Shown here one piece after another: positions 63,910 through 64,000 of a DNA stretch of 64,000 bases (within the stretch, counting starts at the first letter, position 1; each line of letters begins with the position of its first letter). The position numbers were made by a program, and so were the translations under genes. The DNA is from Catajapyx aquilonaris (taxonomy: Eukaryota), in assembly GCA_000934665.2 (NCBI GenBank), contig KZ538013.1, positions 62,001 to 126,000 of the forward strand. Direction: 5' to 3'. The notes beneath the pieces were generated by a model that was given only the letters and a program-made list of their open reading frames with translations, did not search any database and had not been told where the DNA came from.

Positions 63910-64000
63910 CTGTGGTAAGAAGAATTTGCATAACTATTCACCAACAACAAATAACTAAAAGGCATGTAATGAAGCATTAACCCTTTGATGGGGGAGTTTT

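Overview
Gene-dense, intron-rich animal genomic DNA, probably pancrustacean/arthropod (inferred from the insect/crustacean-type i-lysozyme and the degenerate GPI-type transferrin). Nine protein-coding genes were reconstructed by hand from splice sites and reading frame. In order they are: the 3' end of NDOR1 (+); a 12-exon two-lobed transferrin-like gene lacking most iron ligands (+); an SRPBCC/START-like gene (-); an i-type lysozyme/destabilase (+) that appears nested antisense in intron 1 of the SRPBCC-like gene; IDE (+); GOT1 (-); FANCI (-); PRPF4 (+); and the 3' part of VPS13B (-). Introns and spacers hold tRNA-derived SINEs from several families, most with clear target-site duplications (TSDs) and a shared 3' motif, plus many MITEs and foldbacks, including a multi-element nest. 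I found no clearly new multi-gene system. The best leads are: the nested lysozyme; a paired Cys->Trp loss of one transferrin disulfide; FANCI retaining its ubiquitination lysine but lacking the S/TQ cluster; IDE with both a mitochondrial presequence exon and a PTS1; four GC-AG introns; and the shared SINE tail. All assignments come from recognising motifs by eye, with no database searches.
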